From: Eledone cirrhosa
Taxonomy: Eukaryota
Assembly: GCA_964016885.1 (NCBI GenBank)
Contig: OZ024740.1
Span: 255,874,001 to 255,938,000, forward strand
Direction: 5' to 3'
DNA: 64,000 nucleotides
Shown: piece by piece, positions 51,049 to 64,000 of the stretch
How positions within the stretch are numbered: the first letter of the stretch is position 1
Layout of the letters: each line of letters starts with the position of its first letter
The notes under the pieces: model-generated
Told to the model about the DNA's origin: nothing
The model's database searches: none
The model's input: the letters and a program-made list of their open reading frames with translations, nothing else
Translations under genes and position numbers: made by a program

Positions 51049-53564
51049 TTCTTCTGGTTTTATAATTTCACAAAGTTTTACCAATAGAGAGAGAGTCGGT
51101 TTCTAACATAGACACAAGACTCTCTCATTGGAATTTACACAACATCAACTAGGTAGATATGTATGTATGTCTGCATGCATTCATGTGTAGATATGGATGT
51201 TATTGTATGTGTGGATGTGTATGTTTGGAGTTGTATGTGTGCATGTGTATATGCTTTGTATCTGTACATGTGTATATGCAGTTATTAGATGCAAAATGTT
51301 TGGAATGTTTTATATATTTTTACTGTTCCACTAATGGATTGTACTTGTAATTTCCTAACTAGTTGTGTTCTTTCTGTTCCTGTGAAGCCTAGCTTCTCAA
51401 GATTTGTATTGAGGCAGTTACTAACATATCCCAGTGCCCCAATAATCACAGGCATAAATCTGAAGGTGTAATCAGGGTGGAGTATCTGCAGCTTTCTCAT
51501 CAGTTCTGCATAAATATTCTCCTTTTCACTAATCTTTGATATTATATTGGCATCTGCTGGGCAGCTAATTTCCACTACTGTGCATGTTTTCCTCTCGCTG
51601 TCCCATATCATAATATCTGGTCTGTTATGCCTGCATTTTATTGGGGTTTTTACTGGAACATTCCACCAGTACTCTTTCATATTATGTACATGGATGTCTT
51701 CCACATTGTTGTAGCTTTTAATGTGTTTATCATCGGGGCTATCTTTTTTACGAACTGCATTGTACAGTGTTTTGGCCATTATATCATTCCTCATAGGTAG
51801 ATAGTACCGCGATGACATCTTTGGGCAGCTGCTGATGACATGGGTGATATCCTCGAAGTTAGTTCTGCAGAGTCTGCACTTGTTATCACATCTAGGTGTT
51901 TTGCCGGCATCCCTATCTCTTTTGTGAATCAGGTATTTCGTGCTAACCTCCTGTTCTTGGATCGCAAAAGCGTATCCTTCAAAGTGGGAGCCAATATAGC
52001 GGTTTTTGGTCCAAGATAGACTACTTTCCTTATCTATATTACTCTCACTCTGGAGCTTCCTGGCAACATATCCATGCATGATTTTTTGCTGATAGGCATG
52101 CAGTTTTTCATCCATGGATTCACTGCGATACTGCTAAGCGAAATCCCTGGGTGTGAGATTTTGATTATCACACAGGGAATATCTCTCAAGAAGTTCCTTC
52201 CCAACTCTCATGATCTTATCTGTTTCATGCAGATATACTTGCTCGAGAAGCGGGCTCCTACGCTTCGAGGTTCGTAGATGTTGTCGGAGAGATATGATGC
52301 GACATTAAAATGTTGTCTGGACTGATGTTAGGCCTCTGCCTCCCTGCCTGCGTTTCAAGTAAAGGGGGTCTATGTCACTGTTGATGTGGAAGTTTACGGT
52401 GTTGTTCAGTATTTTTCGAGTTCCAACATCAACTGCTCGGATTTCGTCTATCGTCCAATTGAGTATTCCAAACGTTGGTGTTAGGACAGGCACAGCAAAC
52501 ACATTGTGAGCCACTGTTTTATTTTGCGCAGAGAGTTCCGATGACCAGATCTTTCTTAATCGGGTGTAGTATTCCCTGGTTACGCGTTCTTTATTACAGA
52601 TACCATTATAGGATATGTTCTCATCTATCCCCAGCTATCTGTAGCAGTCCTCATCAGATATCGGTGAAACAGTTAGACCATTGATGACAATGTTGCTAGA
52701 TTGGGTTGTTGTTTTTCCCCGCTTTACAGTCATGTATGAGCATTTATCTTGGCCAAACTCCATTCCTATATCCTTTCAGAACGTTGTAACCAGGTCAAGA
52801 TTTTTCTTCATCCCATCCATGTTCTTGGCATAGAGTTTCCGATCGTCCACAAAGAAGTTATGGGTTAGGTTCGTATTTCTGTCCTCCTGTGAGCCAATGA
52901 TGTATCCCTCACATTTCTTGAGCAGAAAGGACAAGGAGTTTAATGACAAGATGAACAATATCACAGAGAGACTGTCCCCCTGAAATATACCCCTGCAATA
53001 TTTTATTTTATCAGTGAAAATAGAGTCCTCCCTCTCTGTCTTTAACCTTAGGATAGAAGAAGACAGCCTCTCTATGGTTCTGACACTAATGTCTGGGACT
53101 TTAGCAAGTTGGAGGGCCTCTATCATCCAAGAGTGGGGAACAGAATCGAAAACGTTCTTGTAGTCCAGCCAGACTGTAGTCATATTCCTCCTAAATTGTC
53201 GCACCTCCGACATCGCAGTTTTGTTGATTAGGAGTTGTTCAGCACATGCCCCAAACCCTTTTCTTTGCAGCCGCTTGTTCATCTGTGATGATGTTATTAT
53301 TTTCACAGTGATCTTGGAGGAATAGGTTGAGGCTGGCTGTATACATCTTATACATTAGGTTCTGGCATGCAATGGGTCGGTATTTTTTGCCAAGTGGGTG
53401 TCTTTGTTCTTGGGGACCAGTAACGTTTGTGCTAATGTCAACCATTCTGGTATAAGTGTATCTCCCTTAAGAACTTGTTGGTAGAGGTCAGTAAGGTACT
53501 TCCGAATAGAATATTAGTTTTTTGTACCAGTAGTCGACAATCATGTCTCTTCCTGGTGTTTTCT
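51049..53564 (-). mobile_element. 5'-truncated R4/Dong-like element (copy C)
   Basis: RT fragments 52776-53445; ORF 51285-52115 with CRLC..H..SSC and HNRPDIMIWD..VVEISCP..KENIY (REL endonuclease); (TACA)n on both sides. Confidence 0.92.
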
Positions 53565-53641
53565 TATGTATGTATGTATGTATGTATGTATGTATGTATG
53601 TATGTATGTATGTATGTATGTATGTATGTATGTATGTATGT

Positions 53642-54190
53642 ACAGCAGTTGGACTTACAATCTGCCTTAAAAGACCCTTGCTCCTGGAGAATCATATACT
53701 GAACCCAATCTCATGGTTCTTGGAAACAGAGAGTAGCAGATAAATTTGTCTACCTGTGTAGACCACTGTCAAATGATGGCTCCTTTGATGCTGAAATATA
53801 TCTGCGCATCCAGAAGGTCTTTGATGCTTTCGGAAAATTATAAAGGAAAGTTTGGGCTAATCGTAACATTACCAACAATAGAAAGGTGTTTGTGTATAGA
53901 TTATTCTTTCAGTCCGCTCTTTTACGCTCCTTCGAAACCTGGACGCTATCCCATAAACATATCAAATTATTTGGGTGATTTCAGCAGAAATGTCTAAGAC
54001 ACATATTCATCATGAAGTGGCAAGAAATAATTCCTGACATCGATTTCCTTGTCACAGTAGAATGTCCAAGCGTTCAGTCTCTAGTAACATCTTCTCAGAT
54101 TCATTGGACAAGGCATATTGTCCGCATGAAAGATAGCAGGATCACAAAGTAACTGTTTTAATGTGAGATCTAAAGGCCTCAACACTAACA
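53642..54190 (+). mobile_element. Degenerate RTE/BovB-like RT 3' fragment
   Basis: Manual reading: KV.VYR..LLY..ETWTL..FQQKCLR.I..MKWQ..IPD..WTRHIVRMKDSRITK.L. Confidence 0.7.
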
Positions 54191-54580
54191 TGGCGTGAAG
54201 CGAACACATTTTACTTCTCTCTGTCAATGCATACATCATTCCAGCAGAAATATTTATTTTCCGCTGCATTAGCCAGCAATTTTAGGCAGGGCTCTCAAGT
54301 TAAATCGTGCGAAACTACAGCCGGTCTGAGGGCTGAAGAGGTGAAATGATATTTGTATAATCTTATCTCGTTCATTTTCTTCCTTTTCTATTTTCTTCCT
54401 ATCACTTCTGCGGGCCAAAACACAACTAGCCGCTGATTTCCGTACTTTCCGGTAAATTTTTCCCGATGCCATTATTGAGGGCATTTTGCTGTTTTAGCAG
54501 CTATTATTGCGTTGAGTTTTTCTCATTATTCTATGAACTCTAATACACTCGCGCTTCAACTCGTTCTTCGAGAAAGTTTT

Positions 54581-54645
<65 letters not shown>

Positions 54646-55049
54646 CATACATAAATATATATATATACATACAGGCATACATACATATATATATATACAT
54701 ACGTACATACATGCATGCATATATACATACATGCATGCATACATGTATACATACATACATATATATGTAGATATATAGATATATAAATGTAATTGAAACA
54801 TAGATGTTAAAAGGCGTTTAAGAGCATGCGCGTACATCACATATTTATATTATTGTTGTTTTAGTTGTTGTCATTGGTTAAACTGAATTCAATCAATGGC
54901 GGATGAAAGACGCTGGATTCTGAGCATTAATGTTGATGAAATGATAGAGACACATTGAAATGTAATGGGACTAGAATAGCTAACGCACGCACACTCACAC
55001 AGACAAATACATATATGCATCACACACAGGCATGTATATACATTTGCAT

Positions 55050-55125
<76 letters not shown>

Positions 55126-55355
55126 ATATATATATATATATATGTATATTTATGCATAAATGTACATATACATGGAGCTCGTGGTGGTGGTGACAGTGAT
55201 GGGAGTGATGTGATGATGGAGTTGACGAAGGGGTGGTAGTGTTGGTGGTGGTCATCATCGTTTTAGCAAACAGGGTGGTGTAAGATGATAATGGAGTGTG
55301 AACATATATGTGTATGGGTGTGTTTATATGTATATCCTTGTGTATAAATGTTTGT

Positions 55356-55446
<91 letters not shown>

Positions 55447-55586
55447 TATGTTTGAGAGTGTGTATCTGTGTGGGTGAGTGTAGTGATTATGTGTTTAGGT
55501 GTAATTCCAAGCAATGATTGCTTGGCAAAATTGATAATACAAATAGAGTTTGTTGGTCTGTTATTATTAAAGTGATTGCATAGATT

Positions 55587-55657
<71 letters not shown>

Positions 55658-55763
55658 CACACATATTCACACAGCTTCTTTCTGTATCCTAATCTATCTC
55701 TCTATATAATGTTCATATATCCACACACATATCTAAACGTATGTGTGTGTATATATATATATC

Positions 55764-55810
<47 letters not shown>

Positions 55811-55869
55811 ATATATATATATGTGTGTGTGTATATATATATATGTATATATAATATACATATACATAC

Positions 55870-55907
<38 letters not shown>

Positions 55908-55941
55908 CTGCCTCTGTTTTTGTTCCCGTCCAAGTTTTCAC

Positions 55942-55979
<38 letters not shown>

Positions 55980-56139
55980 TATGTATGTATATGCATGTGT
56001 GTCTATGTATGTGTGTCTATGTATCTCTCTTTCTTCCTCACTCCGTCTCTCCCACACACTCTCTCTTATTCCATAACCCTGACGCTTTGATGACAAAAAT
56101 ATAAAATTGCTTACTCCCACTCCTCGTCATTGCACAAAT

Positions 56140-56640
56140 ATCATCATCACCACCACCACCAGCACGAGTACCACCACCATTATCATCATCATCACCACCA
56201 CCAGCAGCACGAGTACCACCACCATTATCATCATCATCACCACCACCAGCAGCACGAGTACCACCACCATTATCATCATCATCACCACCACCAGCAGCAC
56301 GAGTACCACCACCATTATCATCATCACCACCACCACCAGCACGAGTACCACCACCATTATCATCATCACCACCACCACCAGCACGAGTACCACCACCATT
56401 ATCATCATCATCACCACCACCAGCAGCACGAGTACCACCACCATTATCATCATCACCACCACCACCAGCACGAGTACCACCACCATTATCATCATCACCA
56501 CCACCACCAGCACGAGTACCACCACCATTATCATCATCACCACCACCACCAGCACGAGTACCACCACCATTATCATCATCACCACCACCACCAGCACAAG
56601 TACCACCACCATTATCATCATCATCACCACCAGCACCACC
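56140..56640. repeat. Minisatellite, 42/45-bp unit, about 11 copies
   Basis: CACGAGTACCACCACCATTATCATCATC(ATC)ACCACCACC(ACC/AGC)AG. Confidence 0.95.
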
Positions 56641-56816
56641 AACACCATTAACACCACCACCTCCCCAACCATCCCTAATGGTGGTGGTGTTGGTGGCGGT
56701 GGGGTAATTTGTTACATGGTCTCGGGATATATTGCTGACACTACTACTTCGCCTCCCCCTCCTGTTCCTCCTCCACCACCACCTCCTCATCCTTTTCTTC
56801 ATTCTCCTCCTCCTCA

Positions 56817-56887
<71 letters not shown>

Positions 56888-58271
56888 TTGCTGCCACCAC
56901 CACCACCACCACCACTACCACGAACATTACCATTATCACAAACTCTAACATCCTCCCCCACTCACCACTACCAACAACAATAAAGCACCCTACTCTCAAC
57001 CCACCCCACCACCATTAGTAAAATTGAGCAGCTACAAAAAACATTATTAACGTCGATTTTTTATAACGTTTTCATTATTTGTTGTTTTTATTTTATCTCT
57101 GTGATTCCGTTTAAGATTTGGTCGATTTTTCTATATTATACATTATGAATAATTTGAGTCCCTCTCCTACACATCCTCACTTCCCACCTCACGTCTAGAT
57201 ATGTCCGTTGGATCTCCGTCAGTTCCGACGACCTCTATTCTAGTTGTTTGAACAACAGCGCAGTGAAGTTAACGGGCCAATGGGTGCCTTTATAAGTCCA
57301 CAAGTCTTCCTTATATGGAATACTGTGGATATATTTGGGTAGGCGCCTCATCTTGTCACTTGGATCTCTTCGACCAGGTTCAGAAGTGAGTCTCTACTTT
57401 GACTGGTTCGTCTCTGGCTTCAACTCCACAGCATTTATCACATCGACGTGACGTCACAAATCTTAGTCTTTTCTATCGTTATTACTACAGAAAATACTGT
57501 GATGAACTTTGATTAACTTTAATTCCAGATCACTTTGTGCCATCTCACCTTACTTGAAACATATAGCGTCTTCATTCTGATGCTGTTGTGGTTCCACAAA
57601 TAAAGAAGTCTTCCTACGGTTGTAGCCTTTTCTTCAAACTGCCAGACTTAGGATCTCTCTTCCGTCGCATTGTTTTTCTCCTCCTCTTTCTTATGACATT
57701 AACTCTTTCATGTCTAAAGTAAATTCGTTCATTTAGTGTTAACTTCACCTTCTTCATAGTCCAATACACTAATTGGCTTCATGCCTTTCTTGGAACTTAA
57801 AAAATATTCCACAAACACGTGTACGTACCATTAACGAAATCGTCAAGGAAATTCATCATGATAGAGTGTGTAATAAAGCTGGCCTTTTGAATTACTGGTA
57901 CAACTCATTTTGGCCAGCTGAAATAAAGTCTCTGACTAAATATTTATAAAACATGGATATTGTAGATTAAAGTATACATTAGTGGGTGTATACAGTGGGT
58001 GTATACACATACAGACACACACACACACACACATATATATATGGGCTGAACACAGACGTACTTATTCTCCAAAACATTTGTTTATGTTTCTTCCTCTTTT
58101 CTATCTTCCTATTCTTTTATTTTTTTATTCTATCTTCTGATTTTGGGTAAACGTCCTAAAGGTTAAGATATTTTTTCCTACTATATCAAGCGTTAAACTA
58201 ATATATAGCTTCATTTTACTGTATCATTTTGCTGTGTTGTTTTCCGTCTACGTTTTGTATATACTTATATA

Positions 58272-58418
<147 letters not shown>

Positions 58419-58419
58419 T

Positions 58420-58499
<80 letters not shown>

Positions 58500-58513
58500 T
58501 ACACACACACATA

Positions 58514-58595
<82 letters not shown>

Positions 58596-59530
58596 TACAC
58601 ACACACACACATATATATATATATGTGTGTGTGTAATATATATCCGTAGATATATCCATAGATGAAAGCTCAAGAAAAACAGTGCCCAATCTGTTGGAAG
58701 AGAGCTTATTTAGTATATTCAAAGTTTCATACCCTTGGCATGTATGTGCTTATTTATTATCATTAGTTTCAGGGTCAAGTCATGATCCCCACTCTATATT
58801 GGAGGAGGCACTTTCAAACCTGTCCTTAATTCAGGCTCGTGGACAAAAATATGAAAGAAGTGGTTATCCTTCGACTAATTCTTCCTCCGAACGGTGGAGA
58901 TCTTTATATTTGAAACAGGTAAACACATACATGAAACTCTGTTCATACTGTTGCAACACGATTCCGAGCAATGCCATCACTTTTTAGTCCTGCTAGGGAC
59001 TTGCCTATGGCCACAGTACCATGCATCGCAAAACGATGTCTCATATCAAGCGATACCTCTGCTTGAAGCTTTTTAAAGTGAGGAAAGACTTTCCACGTAA
59101 CAAGTTCAACTCTCTGAACATCGAAAGCATTTGCCCAAAAGAAGAACTGGTCTACATCATTGGGTGCAAACAGTGTCGCAGGTGAGATATCACAGAGTTC
59201 TTCTACTAAAGAGATGTCTTAATGAAGACTAAGAGTCTCTCGTTAAAAAAAAAAAAAATACTTTATTCGATGGCCGTTGACTCTGCTGAGTACACAAAAT
59301 ATTAACGGAAATCAACACTGCAAATCCATACAAAGCAAGGTATCTTGGTAGCTTACGGGTGAGGAAGTACTCAATACATAAATAGAATAAATATAAATAC
59401 TTGCTTATTTTTACACTTTCTTACAACTAAGGTAAAATGTTTCAGCAGAGCGGACTTCCACCTCACTTTGCTGAAACGTCATAGAAGTAAGAAAACGAAC
59501 ATGCCAAAACTCCCCCCCCCCAAAAAAAAA

Positions 59531-59569
<39 letters not shown>

Positions 59570-59660
59570 GATCGACTTTCGTCAAATCGAACCGGGGCAC
59601 CAATGTTTCCGTTTGTCTTTCCAATTGGTAATACTATCTAACGGTCGCAAGTCCAGGTAG

Positions 59661-59724
<64 letters not shown>

Positions 59725-59772
59725 TAAGAAAATGCGAAGTACTTTCAGATGTTAAAGTCCTTTAATGATAAT

Positions 59773-59847
59773 GCTGTGATACATATTTCAATGACGAGAG
59801 TGGCCACACGCTTCGGTGTACCCAGTGCCGTGACATCATCAGACAGC
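59773..59847 (-). ncRNA. Hammerhead ribozyme
   Basis: GCTGT-CTGATGA-long imperfect stem II-GAAA-TATGTA-TC-ACAGC. Confidence 0.78.
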
Positions 59848-59979
59848 TTCTTACATAATAAGGTTACATTCCCGAGGCAATCCAAATTGAATCGACAAGG
59901 GAACGGACAAAGCGGTAATCTTGAATCCGTTCCCTTGTGAGTCCCAATTAACCCCCAACGGTTTGCGCAGGTGCAAGTC

Positions 59980-60026
<47 letters not shown>

Positions 60027-60066
60027 AAATATTAAAGCAATCAAATATCATTTTAATACACTTATT

Positions 60067-60113
60067 TGCTGACAATTGTTTCTTCCAGAGAGATGTCTGG
60101 AATCATCGGAGCA
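60067..60113 (-). ncRNA. Hammerhead ribozyme with U4C core variant
   Basis: TGCT-CCGATGA-TTCCAGA(CATCTC)TCTGGAA-GAAA-CAATTG-TC-AGCA. Confidence 0.75.
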
Positions 60114-61230
60114 TAGGGAATGTTTAAGCAGGTGATTAAAATCCTAGTCTTCAGGACATTTAGGTAGATACATAACTGTTTTCAGTGTCATAGACATCAT
60201 ATAGAAAATCGGGAGTTAAAAAAGAATGTTATGCTTCAGAAAACACAATTACAAGGGGCAATGGTGAAAATTGAAAAATAAGCATATTATGTATCAAGGT
60301 ATTGTTTAAGGTAATACATGTGCAAAAGGTACAAGCAAAAGAAAGGTACAAGCAAAGAAATATGTAAGATAGGATAGATAGAACATATCATAGCATTGGA
60401 AATCAGGTAATGTTAAGAGTATATAATGCAAGAATCAATACAATTAATAAAGGCATGTATGAGGTAAGAGTTATATAATAACTGAAACAAGCATATTTCA
60501 TATAGAATGTAAAAGCATGTTACAAGTGTTAGAAATGTTTAGATTTTTTTAAATGGCGTGTTATATGGTAGAGGGACATGTGGTAATAAAATGGATATAT
60601 ATTATGTGAAATGTAATGCAAAGCACGTGATTGAATTAAATAGGTAATTGTCATTCAAGAATTTTTATGTTGGAGTTCGTATATAGATGTATATGTTGAG
60701 TGTAATAAAAATGTATTAACCATGGAATTTTCTTAGATTTAGATGTAATCTTTTTGAGATGTGTATGGTTTATAGATATGTGTTTGGTAAAGATAAATTC
60801 CACTGAATTACTGGCCATGTTGTTATAGTAAGTATATTATACAATTCATTCCTATCTTTAAATGTTCTATTAAGGAATATTAGAGTTTGTTTATGTGGAA
60901 GTTCCATTAATAGTTATTAGGCGGTTGAGAAATTCGTTAAGTTGTTTTAACGTTATGAATTTAAAAAAAGGAAGAGGTGTTCACCAAGGGGAGTTAATAA
61001 CTAAGGGAGGTAATTAAGGAGGTACTTCAGGTTATTGTAAATGGATTTTATTATCTATTGAATGTCATCTTTCATTAAGTAGTGTTATAAATTAATATTT
61101 AGTTATATATAAAAGTATTTGTTATTCTTAGCTATTCAAATTGTGTAGAGAGAGTTAAACAAGTTTTTATAACAAGATAGGGATTTATATAATATATATA
61201 TATGTATATGTCATATATATATATGTGTGA

Positions 61231-61287
<57 letters not shown>

Positions 61288-61503
61288 GATTATGCAGAGA
61301 GAGTTAAAAAAAGTTTTTAATAACAAGATAATATATAATGGAGTAATTAGTGTTATATACACTGTTGTCAGCTATTTAATTAGTGTTATATATTGTTTTA
61401 GAAGTAAGTATTGAGAGTATATGAGGGTGTCTAAATTATTTATTTATTTGGTTATTGAGAAAAATTAGAATTGTATTAGGTGAGAGATCAAACAAGGGGT
61501 TTA

Positions 61504-61548
<45 letters not shown>

Positions 61549-61699
61549 AATGGTGATAATTTGATAACTAAGAAGGAATATCGGACAGGGTATAGGTTGG
61601 TGTGGTTTGTTTAGGTTAAGGTGTAGTTATATAATTACAAACATCTAATGGGATAAATTTAAGGGTAGTGGTCTAGTATTATTTCCGACATAAGGCGGT

Positions 61700-64000
61700 G
61701 GATAAACTCAATATTAAGATAGTAGAAAGACCAGGTACCTCCATAAAAACACTTATTAGCAATACATACCCTTTTCAAAGACCCCCCTGTATAGATAAGA
61801 AATGTATAACCTGTAAATTAAGCCCCCATATTAACTGTAAAACTAGAAATGTAGTATATAGCATAAGATGAACTGAAGGACAATGTAGAGATAAAAATAT
61901 AGTGTACATAGGTGAGACAACTCGTAGTATAGGGGAATGATAAATGAACACTGGCGAGACCTTCAAGATAGTAAAGAATCATATGTACTCTACCAACCTG
62001 CTAAAATAGAACATAAGGGTAAATTGGAGAACATAGAAATAAAAATAGAATTTATACACAGAAAAGACGCAATGTTTAGACAAATCACAGAGGCAATAAA
62101 CATAAATGAACTCCAACCAAAATTAAATAGAAAACATGAATGGAACAGCAACATAAACAACTTACAATTAAGGACAAAATGAAACCACATACGCACATAG
62201 AACAAACAACCAACCAGAAACATGCAAATAAACAAATAAATAAACGAATATAAACACACACGAAAACCACGATGAACTAAAGAAAATGATTGCACATGCG
62301 GTGGGGGCCAACATAAAATTAACCCTTAAGGAACATATGTTCAAATTTAATGGAAAAACATATGCCCAAGAGGAAGGAGCAGCCATTGGTGTTAGCATTG
62401 CAGGCGACATAGCTAACCTATTTATGGTATGGTGGGACAGTAGACTTAAACTTAAACTTAAAGAACAATTAGAAGAACTCTCAACCCTGATAATATACTC
62501 CCGCTACGTTGATGATATAAACATCGTAGTTAAAACACCCCCACTAGAGAACAGTCAGGAATTAGAGAAAAACACAATGGAAAGCATCCAGCAAATAGCT
62601 AACTCAATCCACCAGAGTATTAGAGTTACTATAGACTACCCAAGCAAACACCCCAACCATTGATTACCTGTACAAGACACAGATCTCTGGTTAGATACCA
62701 TTAATAACAACAAAACAAATCCTCCATTCCCATTATGCCAAACCCATGACTTCCAAATATCTGATCCACCGAAACTCAGCTGTTTCGGACCATACCAAAA
62801 TCAACATACTGATTGCGGATTTGGTACAAGTGATGAGAAACGTGTCCAGCATGTGCAACCCCAAAGAACTAGAGAGACACATACAACATTTCATCCACCG
62901 TATGCAGTTCTCTGGTTACAATCAGAGAGATGAAATCAGAGTATATAGAGGAGCCAGGACCAAATGGGAAAAAATGGTAAATAATGACACAAATGGGATC
63001 TGACCCTTGTATAGGAGCAAATTTTGGAATAGAATAGAAAGAACTAGGAATAAGGCTAATAGAATAAACTCATGGTATGATAGCAATAAATACCAGAGTG
63101 TAATGTTCATCGATACAACCCATAGAGGTGAATTAGCTTACAAATTTAGAAGGGCCCTAGATAAACATAAACTCAATATTAAGATAGTAGAAAGACGAGG
63201 TACCTCCATAAAAACACTTATTAGCAATACATACCCTTTTCAAAGACCCCCTGTATAGATAAGTAATGTATAACCTGTAAATTAAGCCCCCATATTAGCT
63301 GTAAAACTAGAAATGTAGTATATAGCATAAGATGTACTGAAGGACAATGTAGAGATAAAAATATAGTGTACATAGGTGAGACAGCTCGTAGTATAGGGGA
63401 ACGGATAAATGAACACTGGCGAGACCTTCAAGATAGTAAAGAATCATCTGTACTCTACCAACCTGCTAAAATGGAACGTAAGGGTAAATTAGAGAACATA
63501 GAAATAAAAATAGAATTTACACACAGAAAAGACGCAATGTTTAGACAAATCACAGAGGGAATAAACATAAATGAACTCCAACCAAAATTAAATAGAAAAC
63601 ATGAATGGAACAGCAACATCACAACTTACAATTAAGGACAAAATGAAAACACACACGCACATAGAACAAACAACCAACCACTAACATGCAAATAAACAAA
63701 CAAATAAACGAATATAAACACACACGGACACTCGGAAGTAACACATGCGCAAACTAAGCACACAACACACACACAAAAACAAGATGGTGTAGGACAGAAC
63801 AAAGGAGAGGCACAAAAACAAAGAAAAGAATGCCAGTCACTGAAGAGGTCACAGAACGTGTGACGAAAGACCTTTGACAATATATAAACAATCATCTGGT
63901 TGTGGAACCAACCAATCAAGCGGAAATTTATAAATTCCTAAATTTATAAATTTATTATAATAAATTGAAGTGAAAGCAACTGGTGCGTGTGTTTCTTATT
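61700..64000 (+). mobile_element. Penelope-like element in partial tandem arrangement (EN fragment about 61700-62270, then RT-EN 62286-63635 and 3' UTR)
   Basis: Q.EGAAIG..IANLFM.WWD, YSRYVDD, SVMFID, YIGETARS..R..EH, P.LNRK.EW; 61700-62260 duplicates 63160-63725. Confidence 0.92.
63836..63878 (+). ncRNA. Hammerhead ribozyme in Penelope-like 3' UTR
   Basis: GTCA-CTGAAGA-G-GTCACA(GAACG)TGTGAC-GAAA-GACC-TT-TGAC. Confidence 0.82.

Noticed and set aside
52776-52778. In-frame TGA as possible selenocysteine
   Set aside because: Replaces Ser, not Cys; both carriers have other frameshifts; no SECIS recognised
54330-54360. CTGAAGA close to GAAA
   Set aside because: Only 3 nt between motifs; no stem II possible
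56140-56640. CRISPR-like regular repeats
   Set aside because: No unique spacers, no cas genes, eukaryotic context
56038-57018. Long His-rich, Thr/Ile-rich and Gly/Asp-rich ORFs
   Set aside because: All frames stay open because of a stop-free 42/45-bp minisatellite and trinucleotide runs; no signal peptide or other coding evidence
59438-59480. Hairpin followed by GAAACGTC
   Set aside because: No CUGAnGA at the expected position

Overview
Eukaryotic, AT-rich, repeat-saturated DNA with no recognisable host gene. The tRNA-derived SINE type and the (TA)n/(CA)n/(TACA)n load suggest an octopus-like cephalopod (inference). The window is a nested retroelement graveyard. It contains: (i) about ten Penelope-like elements or remnants (RT plus C-terminal GIY-YIG), including one near-complete copy between two pseudo-LTRs and several with inverted terminal arms; (ii) about 17 type I hammerhead ribozyme motifs with an intact or variant core plus about 8 degenerate ones, found by eye on both strands, several inside non-coding tandem arrays with 484/485, 591 and 700 bp units (retrozyme-like); (iii) R4/Dong-like non-LTR elements whose 3' ends sit in (TACA)n tails of an RTE-like non-autonomous family; (iv) RTE fragments and tRNA-SINEs; (v) a 10.5-kb hAT shell with TIRs and an 8-bp TSD enclosing many of these. 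Most listed ORFs are microsatellite artefacts. Coordinates and folds were read by hand and may be off by a few bases.
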